Below, piece by piece: positions 29,810 through 44,465 of a stretch of DNA of 64,000 nt. The stretch is taken from positions 7,132-71,131 of the forward strand of contig CAVEWV010000001.1 in assembly GCA_963619535.1 (NCBI GenBank), written 5' to 3'. The translations under genes and the position numbers were made by a program. Position 1 is the stretch's first letter. Every line of letters begins with the position of its first letter. The notes under the pieces are model-generated. The model saw only the letters and a program-made list of their open reading frames with translations. It searched no databases and was not told where the DNA came from. This DNA comes from Acutalibacteraceae bacterium. GTDB taxonomy: Bacteria; Actinomycetota; Coriobacteriia; Coriobacteriales; UMGS124.

Positions 29810-30820
29810 CTAGCCGGCCACGGCCTGGCGCACGGCGCGCACCTTGCCCGCGAGCGCGTCGAACTGGGCGGGCGTGAGCGCCTGGGCGGCGTCGCTCACG
29901 GCACATGCCGGGTCGGCGTGGACCTCCACCATAAGCCCGTCGGCGCCCGCGGCCACGGCCGCGAGGGCCATGGGCTCGACGAGGCGGGCATGTCCCGTGG
30001 ACTGGCTGGGGTCCACGACCACGGGCAGGTGCGTGAGGCCGTGCAGCGCGGCGACCGCCGTGAGGTCGAGCGTGCTGCGCGAGCGCGTCTCGAAGGTGCG
30101 GATGCCGCACTCGCACAGGATGACGTTGGGGTTGCCCTGGCTCATGACGTGCTCGGCGCTCATGAGCAGCTCGTCGACGCTGCAGGCAAGACCACGGCGC
30201 AGCATGACCGGCTTGCCCGCACGTCCCACCTCGCGCAGCAGGTCGTAGTTCTGCATGTTGCGCGCGCCTATCTGCCACAGGTCGATGCCGTGGGCGCAGA
30301 AGAGCTCCACCTGGCCGGCGTCCATGATCTCGCACGAGACGGGCAGGCCCGCCTCACGCCCCGCGGCCTTCAGCAGCTCCAGGCCGCGCTCGCCCAGGCC
30401 GGAGTCGGCATAGGGGCTGGCGGCGGACTTGAAGGCCCCCGCGCTCAGGACGTTGGCGCCCGAGGCGCGCACGGCGCGGGCGACGGCGGCCAGACCGTCC
30501 TCCTCCACGACGCTGGGGCCTGCCATGAGCAGGAACTCGCCTGCGCCCACGGCCACGCCGGGGGCGACCTCGACCTTGGTGTCGAGCGGGTGGAACTTGC
30601 GGTTGGCCGCCTTGAAGGGCTCGGTCACGCGCGTGACGGACTCGATGATCCCCATGGACTCCAGAAGCGAGGCGTCCACGCGCGAGGTGTCGCCGATGAT
30701 GCCCACGATGGTGGTCTCGATGCCCTGGGAGATGTTGACGCCCAGCCCCTTGCCCTCAAGCCAGCTCACGAGGTTGTCGAGCTGGCGGGGGCTGGTGCCG
30801 GGCTTGATGACTGCGATCAT
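29810..30820 (-). CDS. aroF: 3-deoxy-7-phosphoheptulonate (DAHP) synthase, type I-beta with N-terminal regulatory domain
   Basis: The KDO8PS-like catalytic core is present (MLRRG, ILCECGIRTFE, HLPVVVDPSQS). It is preceded by a ~70-aa ferredoxin-like domain (MIAVIKPGTSPRQLDNLVSWLE...), as in Thermotoga-type DAHPS. AGGAAGG RBS. Confidence 0.92.
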   Translation of the reverse strand: MIAVIKPGTSPRQLDNLVSWLEGKGLGVNISQGIETTIVGIIGDTSRVDASLLESMGIIESVTRVTEPFKAANRKFHPLDTKVEVAPGVAVGAGEFLLMAGPSVVEEDGLAAVARAVRASGANVLSAGAFKSAASPYADSGLGERGLELLKAAGREAGLPVSCEIMDAGQVELFCAHGIDLWQIGARNMQNYDLLREVGRAGKPVMLRRGLACSVDELLMSAEHVMSQGNPNVILCECGIRTFETRSRSTLDLTAVAALHGLTHLPVVVDPSQSTGHARLVEPMALAAVAAGADGLMVEVHADPACAVSDAAQALTPAQFDALAGKVRAVRQAVAG

Positions 30821-30874
30821 GGAACGACCTTCCTGCGCGGGGTGCGGGCCGCGTGCGTCCCGCAGGGGCGCGTC

Positions 30875-32008
30875 TTAGACGATGAGCATGGCGTCGCCGA
30901 AGGACAGCATCCTGTACTTGGCGTCGATGGCGTGGGCGTAGGCGTCCATGATGCGCTCGCGGCCCGCGAAGGCGCTGACGAGCATCATGAGCGTGGAGCG
31001 CGGGACATGGAAGTTCGTCACCATGGCGTCCACCACGTGGAACTGGCTGCCCGGCATGAGGAAGAGCGAGGTGCTGGCGTTCTCGCGCACCACCACGTCG
31101 CCGCTCTGCGGCACGTCGAAGCCGCGCGCGACGCACCCGGCGAAGGGCGCCTCGTCGCACCAGGAGCTCTCAAGCGAGCGCACCGAGGTCGTGCCGACGG
31201 CGACGACGCGCCCGCCGGCCGCCTTGGTGGCATGGATGGCGTCCACCACCTGCTGCGGCACGTGGTAGCGCTCGGTGTGCATCTCGTGCTGCGTGGGGTC
31301 GTCCTCCTCGACGATGCGGAAGGTGTCGATGCCCACCTCGAGCTCGACGGTGGCCCAGCCCACGCCCTTGGCGCGGCAGCGCTCGATGAGCTCGGGGGTG
31401 AAGTGCAGGCCCGCCGTGGGAGCCGCGGCCGAGTGCTCCTCGTCCATGGCGTAGACGGTCTGGTACTTCTCCGAGTCGCCCTCGTACTGCGTGATGTAGG
31501 GCGGCAGCGGCACATGGCCCGCCTTGTGCATGGCCTCGTCGAGCGTGAGGCCCTCGGCGGCCTCGAAGCTCACGAGGCGAAGGCCGCGCTGCGGCAAGAT
31601 CTCGCCCACGTGGGCGCGCAGGATGACCGGCGCCTCCATGGGGGCCAGAAGCCCGCCCTCGCGAAACTCCACGCAGCTGCCCGGCTTCAGACGCTTGCCG
31701 GGCTTCACCAGGCACTCCCACACGGCGCCGCCCGCGTCGAGGTCCTCGCGGCGGTTGGTGAGGAAGACCTCGCAGGTGCCCCCGGTTACCGGCTTGTGGC
31801 CGATGAGGCGGGCGGGCAGCACGCGCGTCTGGTTCACCACGAGCAAATCGCCCGCGTCGAGGTAGTCGACGATGTCGCTGAACCGGCGGTCCTCAAGGGT
31901 GCCCTTGGCGCGGTCGAGCACGAGCAGACGGCACGAGTCGCGCGGCTCGGCCGGGTACTGGGCGATGAGCTCGCGGGGAAGGTCGTAGTCAAAATCATCA
32001 GTGCGCAT
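30875..32008 (-). CDS. queA: S-adenosylmethionine:tRNA ribosyltransferase-isomerase
   Basis: Start re-set to ATG 32008 (MRTDDFDYDLPRELIAQYP, the canonical QueA N-terminus). Also LPPYI, APTAGLHFT, VGTTS.R.LES and MLSFGDAMLI. Confidence 0.95.
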   Translation of the reverse strand: MRTDDFDYDLPRELIAQYPAEPRDSCRLLVLDRAKGTLEDRRFSDIVDYLDAGDLLVVNQTRVLPARLIGHKPVTGGTCEVFLTNRREDLDAGGAVWECLVKPGKRLKPGSCVEFREGGLLAPMEAPVILRAHVGEILPQRGLRLVSFEAAEGLTLDEAMHKAGHVPLPPYITQYEGDSEKYQTVYAMDEEHSAAAPTAGLHFTPELIERCRAKGVGWATVELEVGIDTFRIVEEDDPTQHEMHTERYHVPQQVVDAIHATKAAGGRVVAVGTTSVRSLESSWCDEAPFAGCVARGFDVPQSGDVVVRENASTSLFLMPGSQFHVVDAMVTNFHVPRSTLMMLVSAFAGRERIMDAYAHAIDAKYRMLSFGDAMLIV

Positions 32009-32137
32009 ATGCAAACAGCTCCAAACAACTGGCGGTGACGCAGGCAGTCTAGCGCGTCTCACCTGCTACGACGCCCAGTATCGGCCAGTTGCCGAGAATC
32101 TGCGGGTATAGGCGCACAAAAGCGGGGCGGCGGGGCC

Positions 32138-32728
32138 TCAGACGTGGGCAAGCGCCCGCGCCACGTCGCGCTGCAGCGTGCGCGCGTCGCGCGCCTGGCA
32201 GCGCTCAAGGGCCGCCTCGGCCGCGGAGAACCTGCAGCCGCAGTAGTTCTGGCGGTACAGGCCCAGCTCCTTGGCCCTGCGCGTGGCCTGCGGGTACAAC
32301 GGGCGGAAGTCCTGCCACACGGCCTGGACGCCTGCCCGCGCCGCCTGTCGGGCAAGGGCCGCCCCACAGGCGTCGAAAAGCTGGTAGGGGGAGACGGCCA
32401 GCGTCGTGGAGAGGCATTCGTAGCCGCCCTGCGCGGCCATGTCGGCGGCCGCGCGCAGGCGCATCTCGTAGCAGGCGGCGCACCGGGCAAGACGGTTGGT
32501 GCCGTAGCGGCCCACCTCGCGCTCCCAGGCGGCGCGGTCGCACGGGCCCTCCACCACCTCGATCCCCTCGGGGGCGGCCCAGGCGCGCAGGGTGTCGAGG
32601 CGCCGGCCGTACTCGTCGGCGGGCTGGATGTTGGGGTTCACATAGGCGATGGTGATGTCAAACCCCTGCCCCGCAAGCACGCGCACGGGCTCCAGAGAGC
32701 ACGGCCCGCAACACGCATGCAACAACAT
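32138..32728 (-). CDS. queH: epoxyqueuosine reductase QueH (DUF208 family)
   Basis: [10 protein letters not shown] near the N-terminus, CAACYEMRL and [11 protein letters not shown] are the QueH/DUF208 cysteine motifs. The ATG at 32728 is preferred over the track start at 32785, which has no RBS. Confidence 0.85.
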   Translation of the reverse strand: MLLHACCGPCSLEPVRVLAGQGFDITIAYVNPNIQPADEYGRRLDTLRAWAAPEGIEVVEGPCDRAAWEREVGRYGTNRLARCAACYEMRLRAAADMAAQGGYECLSTTLAVSPYQLFDACGAALARQAARAGVQAVWQDFRPLYPQATRRAKELGLYRQNYCGCRFSAAEAALERCQARDARTLQRDVARALAHV

Positions 32729-32875
32729 TCGAGGTATCCCCGTCGAATTCACCGTGTTCCCCACCTCAAGACCCCTTTCCGGCATGATGTTCGTGCTACT
32801 GTATACCGCATTGTCTTTCGCGGGTCGCGGGGGACGGCATCACACACATACATCGAGGCGAAAGGGCGAAGCAGC

Positions 32876-33460
32876 ATGGCAATGTCGGAGCTTGAAGAGA
32901 GGATCCGCCGCGAGGGCACGGTAAAGCCGGGCAACGTCTTGAAGGTCGACGCCTTCCTGAACCACAAGTGCGACGTGGAGCTGTTCGACCACATGGGGGC
33001 CGCCTGGGCCGAGCACTTCGCCGGCAAGCGCATCGACAAGATCCTCACCATCGAGTCGTCGGGCATCGGCATCGCCTGCATCGCGGCGCGGCACTTCGGC
33101 AACGTCCCCGTCGTCTTCGCCAAGAAGACCCAGTCCATCAACCTCGACGGCGAGCAGTACCACACCGTCGTGCACTCCTTCACCAAGCAGAAGGACTTCG
33201 ACGTCATCGTCACGAAGCGCCACCTGCAGGCCGGCGAGCACGTGCTGCTCATCGACGACTTCCTCGCCAACGGCTGCGCCCTGCGCGGCCTCATCGAGAT
33301 CTGCGAGGAGGCCGGCTGCGTCGTCGAGGGCATCGGCATCGCCATCGAGAAGGGCTTCCAGACCGGCGGCGACGAGCTGCGCGCCGACGGCTACGACCTC
33401 GACTCCCTGGCCATCGTGAAGTCCATGAACGACGTGACCGGCGAAATCGAGTTCGCCTAG
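32876..33460 (+). CDS. xpt: xanthine phosphoribosyltransferase
   Basis: The 194-aa product begins [30 protein letters not shown]. It has the PRPP motif [11 protein letters not shown] and the motif ILTIESSGI. The track ORF 32144..33460 was trimmed to ATG 32876. Confidence 0.93.
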   Translation: MAMSELEERIRREGTVKPGNVLKVDAFLNHKCDVELFDHMGAAWAEHFAGKRIDKILTIESSGIGIACIAARHFGNVPVVFAKKTQSINLDGEQYHTVVHSFTKQKDFDVIVTKRHLQAGEHVLLIDDFLANGCALRGLIEICEEAGCVVEGIGIAIEKGFQTGGDELRADGYDLDSLAIVKSMNDVTGEIEFA

Positions 33461-33506
33461 TCTCACAAGGCCCGCTCGCCCGTCCCTACACATCAAGCTG
33501 CCTCGA

Positions 33507-33550
33507 CCCAAAAGGAAGCGCCCCCAAGCCATCGGCCTGAGGGCGCTTCC
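33507..33550 (-). terminator. terminator downstream of ppaC (between convergent genes)
   Basis: 10-bp stem GGAAGCGCCC / GGGCGCTTCC with a 17-nt loop. On the minus strand it is followed by TTTTGGG. Confidence 0.55.
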
Positions 33551-33577
33551 TCGTTGGGGGCTTTGTGCCGCCTTGAG

Positions 33578-34510
33578 CTAGTTCGCAGCCTCGATGAGGG
33601 GGGCGGCAACCTGCTTCTTGCGGGAGAGCACGCCGGGCATCCAGACGCCCTCGGGCACCACGGTGATGCCCAGGCCTCGCTCGACGACCTCGGGGGCGCC
33701 CACGACGAAGACCTGCGAGCCCTCCTCGATGATGTCGGTCACGCACAGCACGAGCGTGTCGCCGCCGTTGGCCACGCGGTACTCCTCCATCGCGGCGCGC
33801 AGCTCGTCGGCCTGGGCCAGGACGGGCTCCTTGTTGACGGTCTCGTACTGGCCGATGTAGACGGCCTTGCCGGCGATGTCGAACTTCTTGATGTCGCGGG
33901 CGACCATCTGGGCGGGCGTGAAGCCGTCGGCGCCGCGGCTCTTGAACACCTGGGCGCCGTAGGCCACCGGGTCGACGCCGATCTGGGCGCCGAGCTTGGC
34001 GGCGATGGCGCGGTCGGCGTCGGTGGTGGTCGGGGACTTGAGCATCACGGTGTCGGTCATCATGGCCGACAGCAGAAGGGCGGCCTGGGCGTCGCTCATG
34101 GGCGTGCCGGTGACCTCGAAGAGCTTGGCGATGATGCAGCAGGTCGAGCCCCAGGGGACGTTGACGAACAGCGTGGGCTGGGCGGTGGTGAGGTCGGCGA
34201 TGCGGTGGTGGTCGACGACGCCCACGACCTCGGCGTTCTCGATGCCCTCGACCGTCTGGCCCAGCTCGTTGTGGTCGGTCAGGATGACCTTGACCTTCTC
34301 GTCGGCGGGCTCGATCTTCTCAAGGAGCTCAGGCGCGGCGACGCCGTGCTGGGCGAGCAGGGCAGCGCTCTCGCCGGGCATCTCGCCCAGGCGGCAGGCC
34401 ACGTACTCGTTGGCCGGGTCGAGGACGCCTGCGAGCTGGGCGTACACGACGGCCGACATGATGGCGTCGTTGTCGGGATTCTTGTGACCGAAGACCAGAA
34501 CCTTGCTCAT
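33578..34510 (-). CDS. ppaC: manganese-dependent inorganic pyrophosphatase (family II, DHH)
   Basis: Start re-set to ATG 34510 (MSKVLVFGHKNPDNDAI) with an AGGAGAG RBS. DHH motifs are present (ILTDHNE, VVDHHR) along with a DHHA2-type C-terminal domain. Confidence 0.95.
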   Translation of the reverse strand: MSKVLVFGHKNPDNDAIMSAVVYAQLAGVLDPANEYVACRLGEMPGESAALLAQHGVAAPELLEKIEPADEKVKVILTDHNELGQTVEGIENAEVVGVVDHHRIADLTTAQPTLFVNVPWGSTCCIIAKLFEVTGTPMSDAQAALLLSAMMTDTVMLKSPTTTDADRAIAAKLGAQIGVDPVAYGAQVFKSRGADGFTPAQMVARDIKKFDIAGKAVYIGQYETVNKEPVLAQADELRAAMEEYRVANGGDTLVLCVTDIIEEGSQVFVVGAPEVVERGLGITVVPEGVWMPGVLSRKKQVAAPLIEAAN

Positions 34511-34530
34511 TGAGCTCTCTCCTATCCGTA

Positions 34531-34558
34531 GGCAAACAGCGCCCCGCAACCGGGGCGC
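34531..34558 (-). terminator. rho-independent terminator of the hydrolase/pcrA unit
   Basis: On the minus strand, an 8-bp stem GCGCCCCG / CGGGGCGC with a GTTG tetraloop is followed by TGTTTGCC. Confidence 0.65.
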
Positions 34559-34580
34559 ATGAAACACGCGACTGTTCAGT

Positions 34581-35855
34581 TTAACGCAGGTGGGCCCGTG
34601 CGAAGCCCAGGACGGTGCCCCAATACACATCGGGCACGAGCAGGCTCGACATGCAGTGGCCCGCGCCCTCCACGAGGAGCACCTGGCGCTCGCAGGTCGC
34701 GGCCTCATAGAGGCGGCGCGTGCAGCCCGGGCTCACCGTGGCGTCCTTGAGGCCGTGCACGAAGAGGATGGGCGTGCGCGAGCGCGCCACCATGCGCGCC
34801 GCGTCGTCGGCGGCGATGTCGTAGCCGCCCGGGGTGTGGCGCAGGCGTCGGCGCACGAGCTCCAGGGTGGGGTGCGCGGGCAGCCCCAGGGAGCCGGCGA
34901 TGCCCGCAAGCGAGCTCCAGGCGGCGTCGAAGCCGCAGTCGGCCACCACGGCCCGGACCTGCACGGGCAGCCCGTCGTCGCCCGAGGCGTTGAGGACGCT
35001 GTGCGCGCCCATGCTCTGGCCCATGAGCACGATGTCGGTCGCCGCCGGAAGGCCGGCGTCGGGCGCGCACAGATACGCCGCCCACCCGGCGACGTCGGGC
35101 CCGTCGAGATACCCCATGCCGATGCAGGCGCCCTCGCTGGCTCCGTGCCCGCGCATCGAGGGGATGAGCAGGTTGTACCCCTCCTGGGCCCAGGGGCGGG
35201 CGTACTGGAGCATGGAGTCCCAGCTGCCGGCGTAGCCATGGCAGAGCACCGCCCAGGCGCCGCCGGCCTTCGGGTTGACCCAGGCATGCGCGCACAGGCG
35301 CACCCCGTCGGGCGCGACGCGCGACACCTCCACGAAGTCAGGGCCGCCCTGGAGCCACTCGTACACGGCCGCGCGCTCCGCAAGGACGTTCTCGCGCCGG
35401 CGCGCGACGTCTTCGTCGCTCATCCCCTGGCAGAAGAAGCCTCCTGCCGCCGAGGCGCGGGTGAGCGCGAAGCCCACGCGCAGGTCGACCTCGGCCTCAT
35501 GGTCGTCGCCGCCAGGCGCGGCCGCCCCTGCGGGGCCGCGGTGCCTCACGCCGGGCTGGGAGATCCTCGCCACGAGCGCGAACACGTTGGCCCCGTGGCG
35601 CAGGACGTACTTCACGAAGAGCGCGCCGATGGCGTACTGGAAGGCGGCGACGCCCACGCCGAGCACGCACAGGACGACGCCCACGACGAGCAGGCCGCAG
35701 ACCAGGCAGGCCACGCCCGCCACAAGCAAGAGCGCCGGCGTCACGAGCGTGCGGACCTCGTGCAGCCGGCTCGGCCCCTCGGGCGCCGCAGCCGCGGCCA
35801 CGCCCTTCCAATCAACCGGCGCCGCGGCGCCGCGCTGTCCCGACTCAGCGTCCAT
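34581..35855 (-). CDS. membrane-anchored alpha/beta hydrolase
   Basis: The track ORF 34581..36629 was trimmed to ATG 35855, because its upstream part overlaps pcrA in another frame. The 424-aa product has an N-terminal TM region (LLLVAGVACLVCGLLVVGVVLCVLGVGV). The hydrolase core has an HGYAGS oxyanion region, the nucleophile elbow GQSMG and a late His (GAGHC). Confidence 0.8.
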   Translation of the reverse strand: MDAESGQRGAAAPVDWKGVAAAAAPEGPSRLHEVRTLVTPALLLVAGVACLVCGLLVVGVVLCVLGVGVAAFQYAIGALFVKYVLRHGANVFALVARISQPGVRHRGPAGAAAPGGDDHEAEVDLRVGFALTRASAAGGFFCQGMSDEDVARRRENVLAERAAVYEWLQGGPDFVEVSRVAPDGVRLCAHAWVNPKAGGAWAVLCHGYAGSWDSMLQYARPWAQEGYNLLIPSMRGHGASEGACIGMGYLDGPDVAGWAAYLCAPDAGLPAATDIVLMGQSMGAHSVLNASGDDGLPVQVRAVVADCGFDAAWSSLAGIAGSLGLPAHPTLELVRRRLRHTPGGYDIAADDAARMVARSRTPILFVHGLKDATVSPGCTRRLYEAATCERQVLLVEGAGHCMSSLLVPDVYWGTVLGFARAHLR

Positions 35856-35875
35856 GACGCGCACCCCTCTCGTCC

Positions 35876-38284
<2,409 letters not shown>

Positions 38285-38491
38285 GGAAACGGTTGCCTTT
38301 CATAGGCGGCGGTGCCGCGATGAGGGTTGGACGGTCCGGTTGGGCAAGTCTAGCATCCGCCCGGACGGGAAAACCGCCCGCGCGTGCCAACAGCAGATGA
38401 CATATACATGACCGCCGGCATCCTTTTCGCCACAAAACACCTTAAAAGGCGGTAGAATTGCCCGAATGGCTCCAGATGCAAGGGAGGATCT

Positions 38492-41971
<3,480 letters not shown>

Positions 41972-42043
41972 GGACGCCCGCCCGGCGCCGCGCATCGCCG
42001 CGCCGGGCCGCGCCGGCCCCGAGCCGAACTGCACCGCGCACAA

Positions 42044-42082
42044 AGAGGGGCCCTCGGCAAACCGGTTGCCGAGGGCCCCTCT
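42044..42082. terminator. bidirectional terminator hairpin between SNF2 gene and uppP
   Basis: Near-perfect 39-nt palindrome AGAGGGGCCCTCGGCAAACCGGTTGCCGAGGGCCCCTCT. It is flanked by GGTTTAAGG on the plus strand and TTTGTGCG on the minus strand. Confidence 0.7.
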
Positions 42083-42130
42083 GGTTTAAGGCCTCTATGT
42101 CGCGCGTGCCTGGCGGCCAGGCCGCACAGC

Positions 42131-43057
42131 CTAAAGCACGAGCGTCTTGACGCCGAAGTAGCCCAGCACCACGACGCCCAGGATGATGCGGTACCAGCCG
42201 AAGGGCTTGAAGTCGTGACGGCGCACGAAGCCCGTGAGCCAGGAGATGGCGGCCAGGGACACCCCGAAGGCCACGACCAGGCCCACGCCCATGATGGCCC
42301 ACTCCTGCCCCGTCATGACGTTGCCCGCAAGCAGGAACTTCACGATCTTGAGCAGGCTCGCGCCGAACATGACCGGGATGGCCAGGAAGAACGTGAAGCG
42401 CGCCGCCACCGAGCGCGTCGTGCCCAGAAGCAGGCCGCCGATGATGGTGGAGCCGGAGCGCGAGGTGCCCGGCACCAGCGAGAGCACCTGGAAGCACCCG
42501 ATGCCCAGGGCGCACTTCCAGCTCAGGTCGTCGACGCTGGTGATGCGCCCGAAGTCGGAGTCGTCCTGTGCGGCCCCGCCCGCCGCAGGGGCGAAGTGCG
42601 CGCCCGCGCTTACGGCCGCTGCCTGCTCGGAGCGCCTCCTCGCACGCCAGTTCTCGATGAGGATGAACGCGACGCCGTACAGGATGAGCATGGCCGCCAC
42701 AACGTAGGAGTTGTAGAGGTGCTCCTCCATGAAGTCGTTGAGCGGCAGTCCGATGGCTGCGGCGGGGATGCAGCCCAGGACGATCTTGCCCCACAGGGAC
42801 CACGTGGCCTTGCGGCCCTGCGGCCCCTTGCTCGGCGCGAACGGGTTCAGGTCGTGGAAGTACATCACCACGACCGACATGATCGCGCCGAGCTGGATCA
42901 CCACGAGGAACATGTTCCAAAAGCTCTCGGAGACGTTGAGCTTGATGAACTCGTCCACGAGGATCATGTGGCCGGTCGAGGAGATGGGCAGCCACTCCGT
43001 GATGCCCTCGACCAGGCCCAGAAACGCCGATTTGAGCAGCTCTATGCAGATGTCCAT
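42131..43057 (-). CDS. uppP: undecaprenyl-diphosphate phosphatase
   Basis: GLVEGITEWLPISSTGHM and PGTSRSGSTI are the UppP/BacA signature motifs. Multi-TM protein, starting 6 nt after the upstream stop. Confidence 0.95.
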   Translation of the reverse strand: MDICIELLKSAFLGLVEGITEWLPISSTGHMILVDEFIKLNVSESFWNMFLVVIQLGAIMSVVVMYFHDLNPFAPSKGPQGRKATWSLWGKIVLGCIPAAAIGLPLNDFMEEHLYNSYVVAAMLILYGVAFILIENWRARRRSEQAAAVSAGAHFAPAAGGAAQDDSDFGRITSVDDLSWKCALGIGCFQVLSLVPGTSRSGSTIIGGLLLGTTRSVAARFTFFLAIPVMFGASLLKIVKFLLAGNVMTGQEWAIMGVGLVVAFGVSLAAISWLTGFVRRHDFKPFGWYRIILGVVVLGYFGVKTLVL

Positions 43058-43063
43058 GAATCC

Positions 43064-43501
43064 TTACTTCACGATCAGGACGTCGCACTCGCAGCTGCGC
43101 ACGAGGAACGTGGAGATGGAGCCCAGGATGGCGTACTTGATGTTGGACAGGCCGCGGGCGCCGCAGATGACCAGGTCGGGCTTGATCTCGTCCACGAAGT
43201 CGTCCATGAGGGTCTCGCGGATGCGGCCGGCCTTGGCGTTGACCGTGATGGACTTGATGCCGGGAAGGGCGCGGGCGGCCTGAAGGTCGGACTCGATGGA
43301 GTCCCTCCAGGCCTTCTCGAGGCTCGGGATGAGGGTGGCGGGGTAGGTGCCGGCGGCCTGCATCGGCGTGGAGTCGATGACGTGGCCCACGTACAGCTCA
43401 GCGCCGGAGGATGCGGCGATCTCGCAGGCGCGCGCGAAGACCTTGGACTGCATCTCGGTGCCGTCCAGGGAGACGAAGACCTTCTTGTAGGAGTCGTTCA
43501 T
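43064..43501 (-). CDS. universal stress protein (UspA family)
   Basis: Start re-set to ATG 43501 (MNDSYKKVFVSLDG). It has the Usp ATP-binding-type C-terminus (DLVICGARGLS......LGSIS..LVRSCECDVLIVK). Confidence 0.85.
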   Translation of the reverse strand: MNDSYKKVFVSLDGTEMQSKVFARACEIAASSGAELYVGHVIDSTPMQAAGTYPATLIPSLEKAWRDSIESDLQAARALPGIKSITVNAKAGRIRETLMDDFVDEIKPDLVICGARGLSNIKYAILGSISTFLVRSCECDVLIVK

Positions 43502-43549
43502 GGTGTGACCTCGCTTCTCTTTGAAGATGAACACAGGGCGGCGATGATT

Positions 43550-44464
43550 CTATACCATCGTGAACATCATGGCGATGATGAGGGCGATACCGACCAAATC
43601 GACCCCCGAGAACACCGTCCCCATCCAGACGACCGACAGCACGCAGGCCACGATGGGCTCGGTGCAGGCCAGAAGGCCGGCCAGGAGGCTCCCGACGAGC
43701 TTGACCCCCGTCACGTAGAGCAGGAAGGCCCCGAACGTCCCCACGAAGGCCACGGCGAGCACGGCGAGCCACCCCACCCAGTCGAGCTCGGGCATGCACG
43801 TCCAGGGCTGGTAGAGCACGTTTGCCGCCAGGGCGCACAGCACGATGGCCGTGCCCGTGACCGTGGTGGCGCCGTGCTTGGCCAGGGGCCGTGCCGGCAG
43901 CAGCGTGTACAGGGCGCACGACCCGGCGTTGAGGGCACCCCAGAAGAGCGCCGCGGGCGAGAGGGACAGCGACGTGAAGGAGCCCTGGGTGGCGATGAGG
44001 AAGGTGCCCAGAAACGCCATGCACACGCCGAGCACCTCCTTGCGGCGGGGGCGGCGCTTGAGCTGCACGCAGCTCACCGCGAGGATGATGAGCAGGTTGA
44101 GCGTCTGCAGCACCGTGGCCGTGCCCGCGTCGCTGGCCTGGATGGACATCAGGTAGCAGCTGGAGCACGCAAGGACGCCCAGAAGCGCGAAGGCCGCCGT
44201 GATGCCGAGGTTCTTGCGGTCGGCCAGCAGCGCCAGCTCCCGGTCGCGGTGCGAGAAGAGCAGCATCGGCGCGAACATGAGCGCGGCCATCGCCATGCGC
44301 ACCGCCACGAGCCAGGTAGGCGACACGTCGTAGTTGTTGAAGAGGAACTGCGCGCACGTCCCCGAGAATCCCCAGCCCGCCCCGCCCAGGAGCGTGAAGG
44401 CGATGCCCAGGCCCAGGTGCTCGCCCGTGACCTGCGAGGACGGCTTTGCCTCTACGGCTTGCAC
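43550..44464 (-). CDS. EamA/DMT-family transporter
   Basis: A 304-aa polytopic membrane protein with two EamA-like halves (about 10 TM segments). The GTG start lies 1 nt after the polA stop, with GGAGG about 10 nt upstream. Confidence 0.85.
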   Translation of the reverse strand: MQAVEAKPSSQVTGEHLGLGIAFTLLGGAGWGFSGTCAQFLFNNYDVSPTWLVAVRMAMAALMFAPMLLFSHRDRELALLADRKNLGITAAFALLGVLACSSCYLMSIQASDAGTATVLQTLNLLIILAVSCVQLKRRPRRKEVLGVCMAFLGTFLIATQGSFTSLSLSPAALFWGALNAGSCALYTLLPARPLAKHGATTVTGTAIVLCALAANVLYQPWTCMPELDWVGWLAVLAVAFVGTFGAFLLYVTGVKLVGSLLAGLLACTEPIVACVLSVVWMGTVFSGVDLVGIALIIAMMFTMV

Positions 44465-44465
44465 G

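Noticed and set aside
32786-32875. A possible purine (guanine) riboswitch in the xpt leader. A closing stem TGTAT...ATACA encloses two small hairpins, giving a three-way-junction look.
   Set aside because: The element is too short (~53 nt versus ~70 nt). It also lacks the conserved junction and loop nucleotides of the purine aptamer (no UAUAAUCGCG-type J1/2, no L2/L3 kissing-loop motifs, no CCGACUAUG-type J3/1). It is probably just promoter-region secondary structure. A covariance-model scan (purine, PRPP, 2-aminopurine-type models) would settle this.
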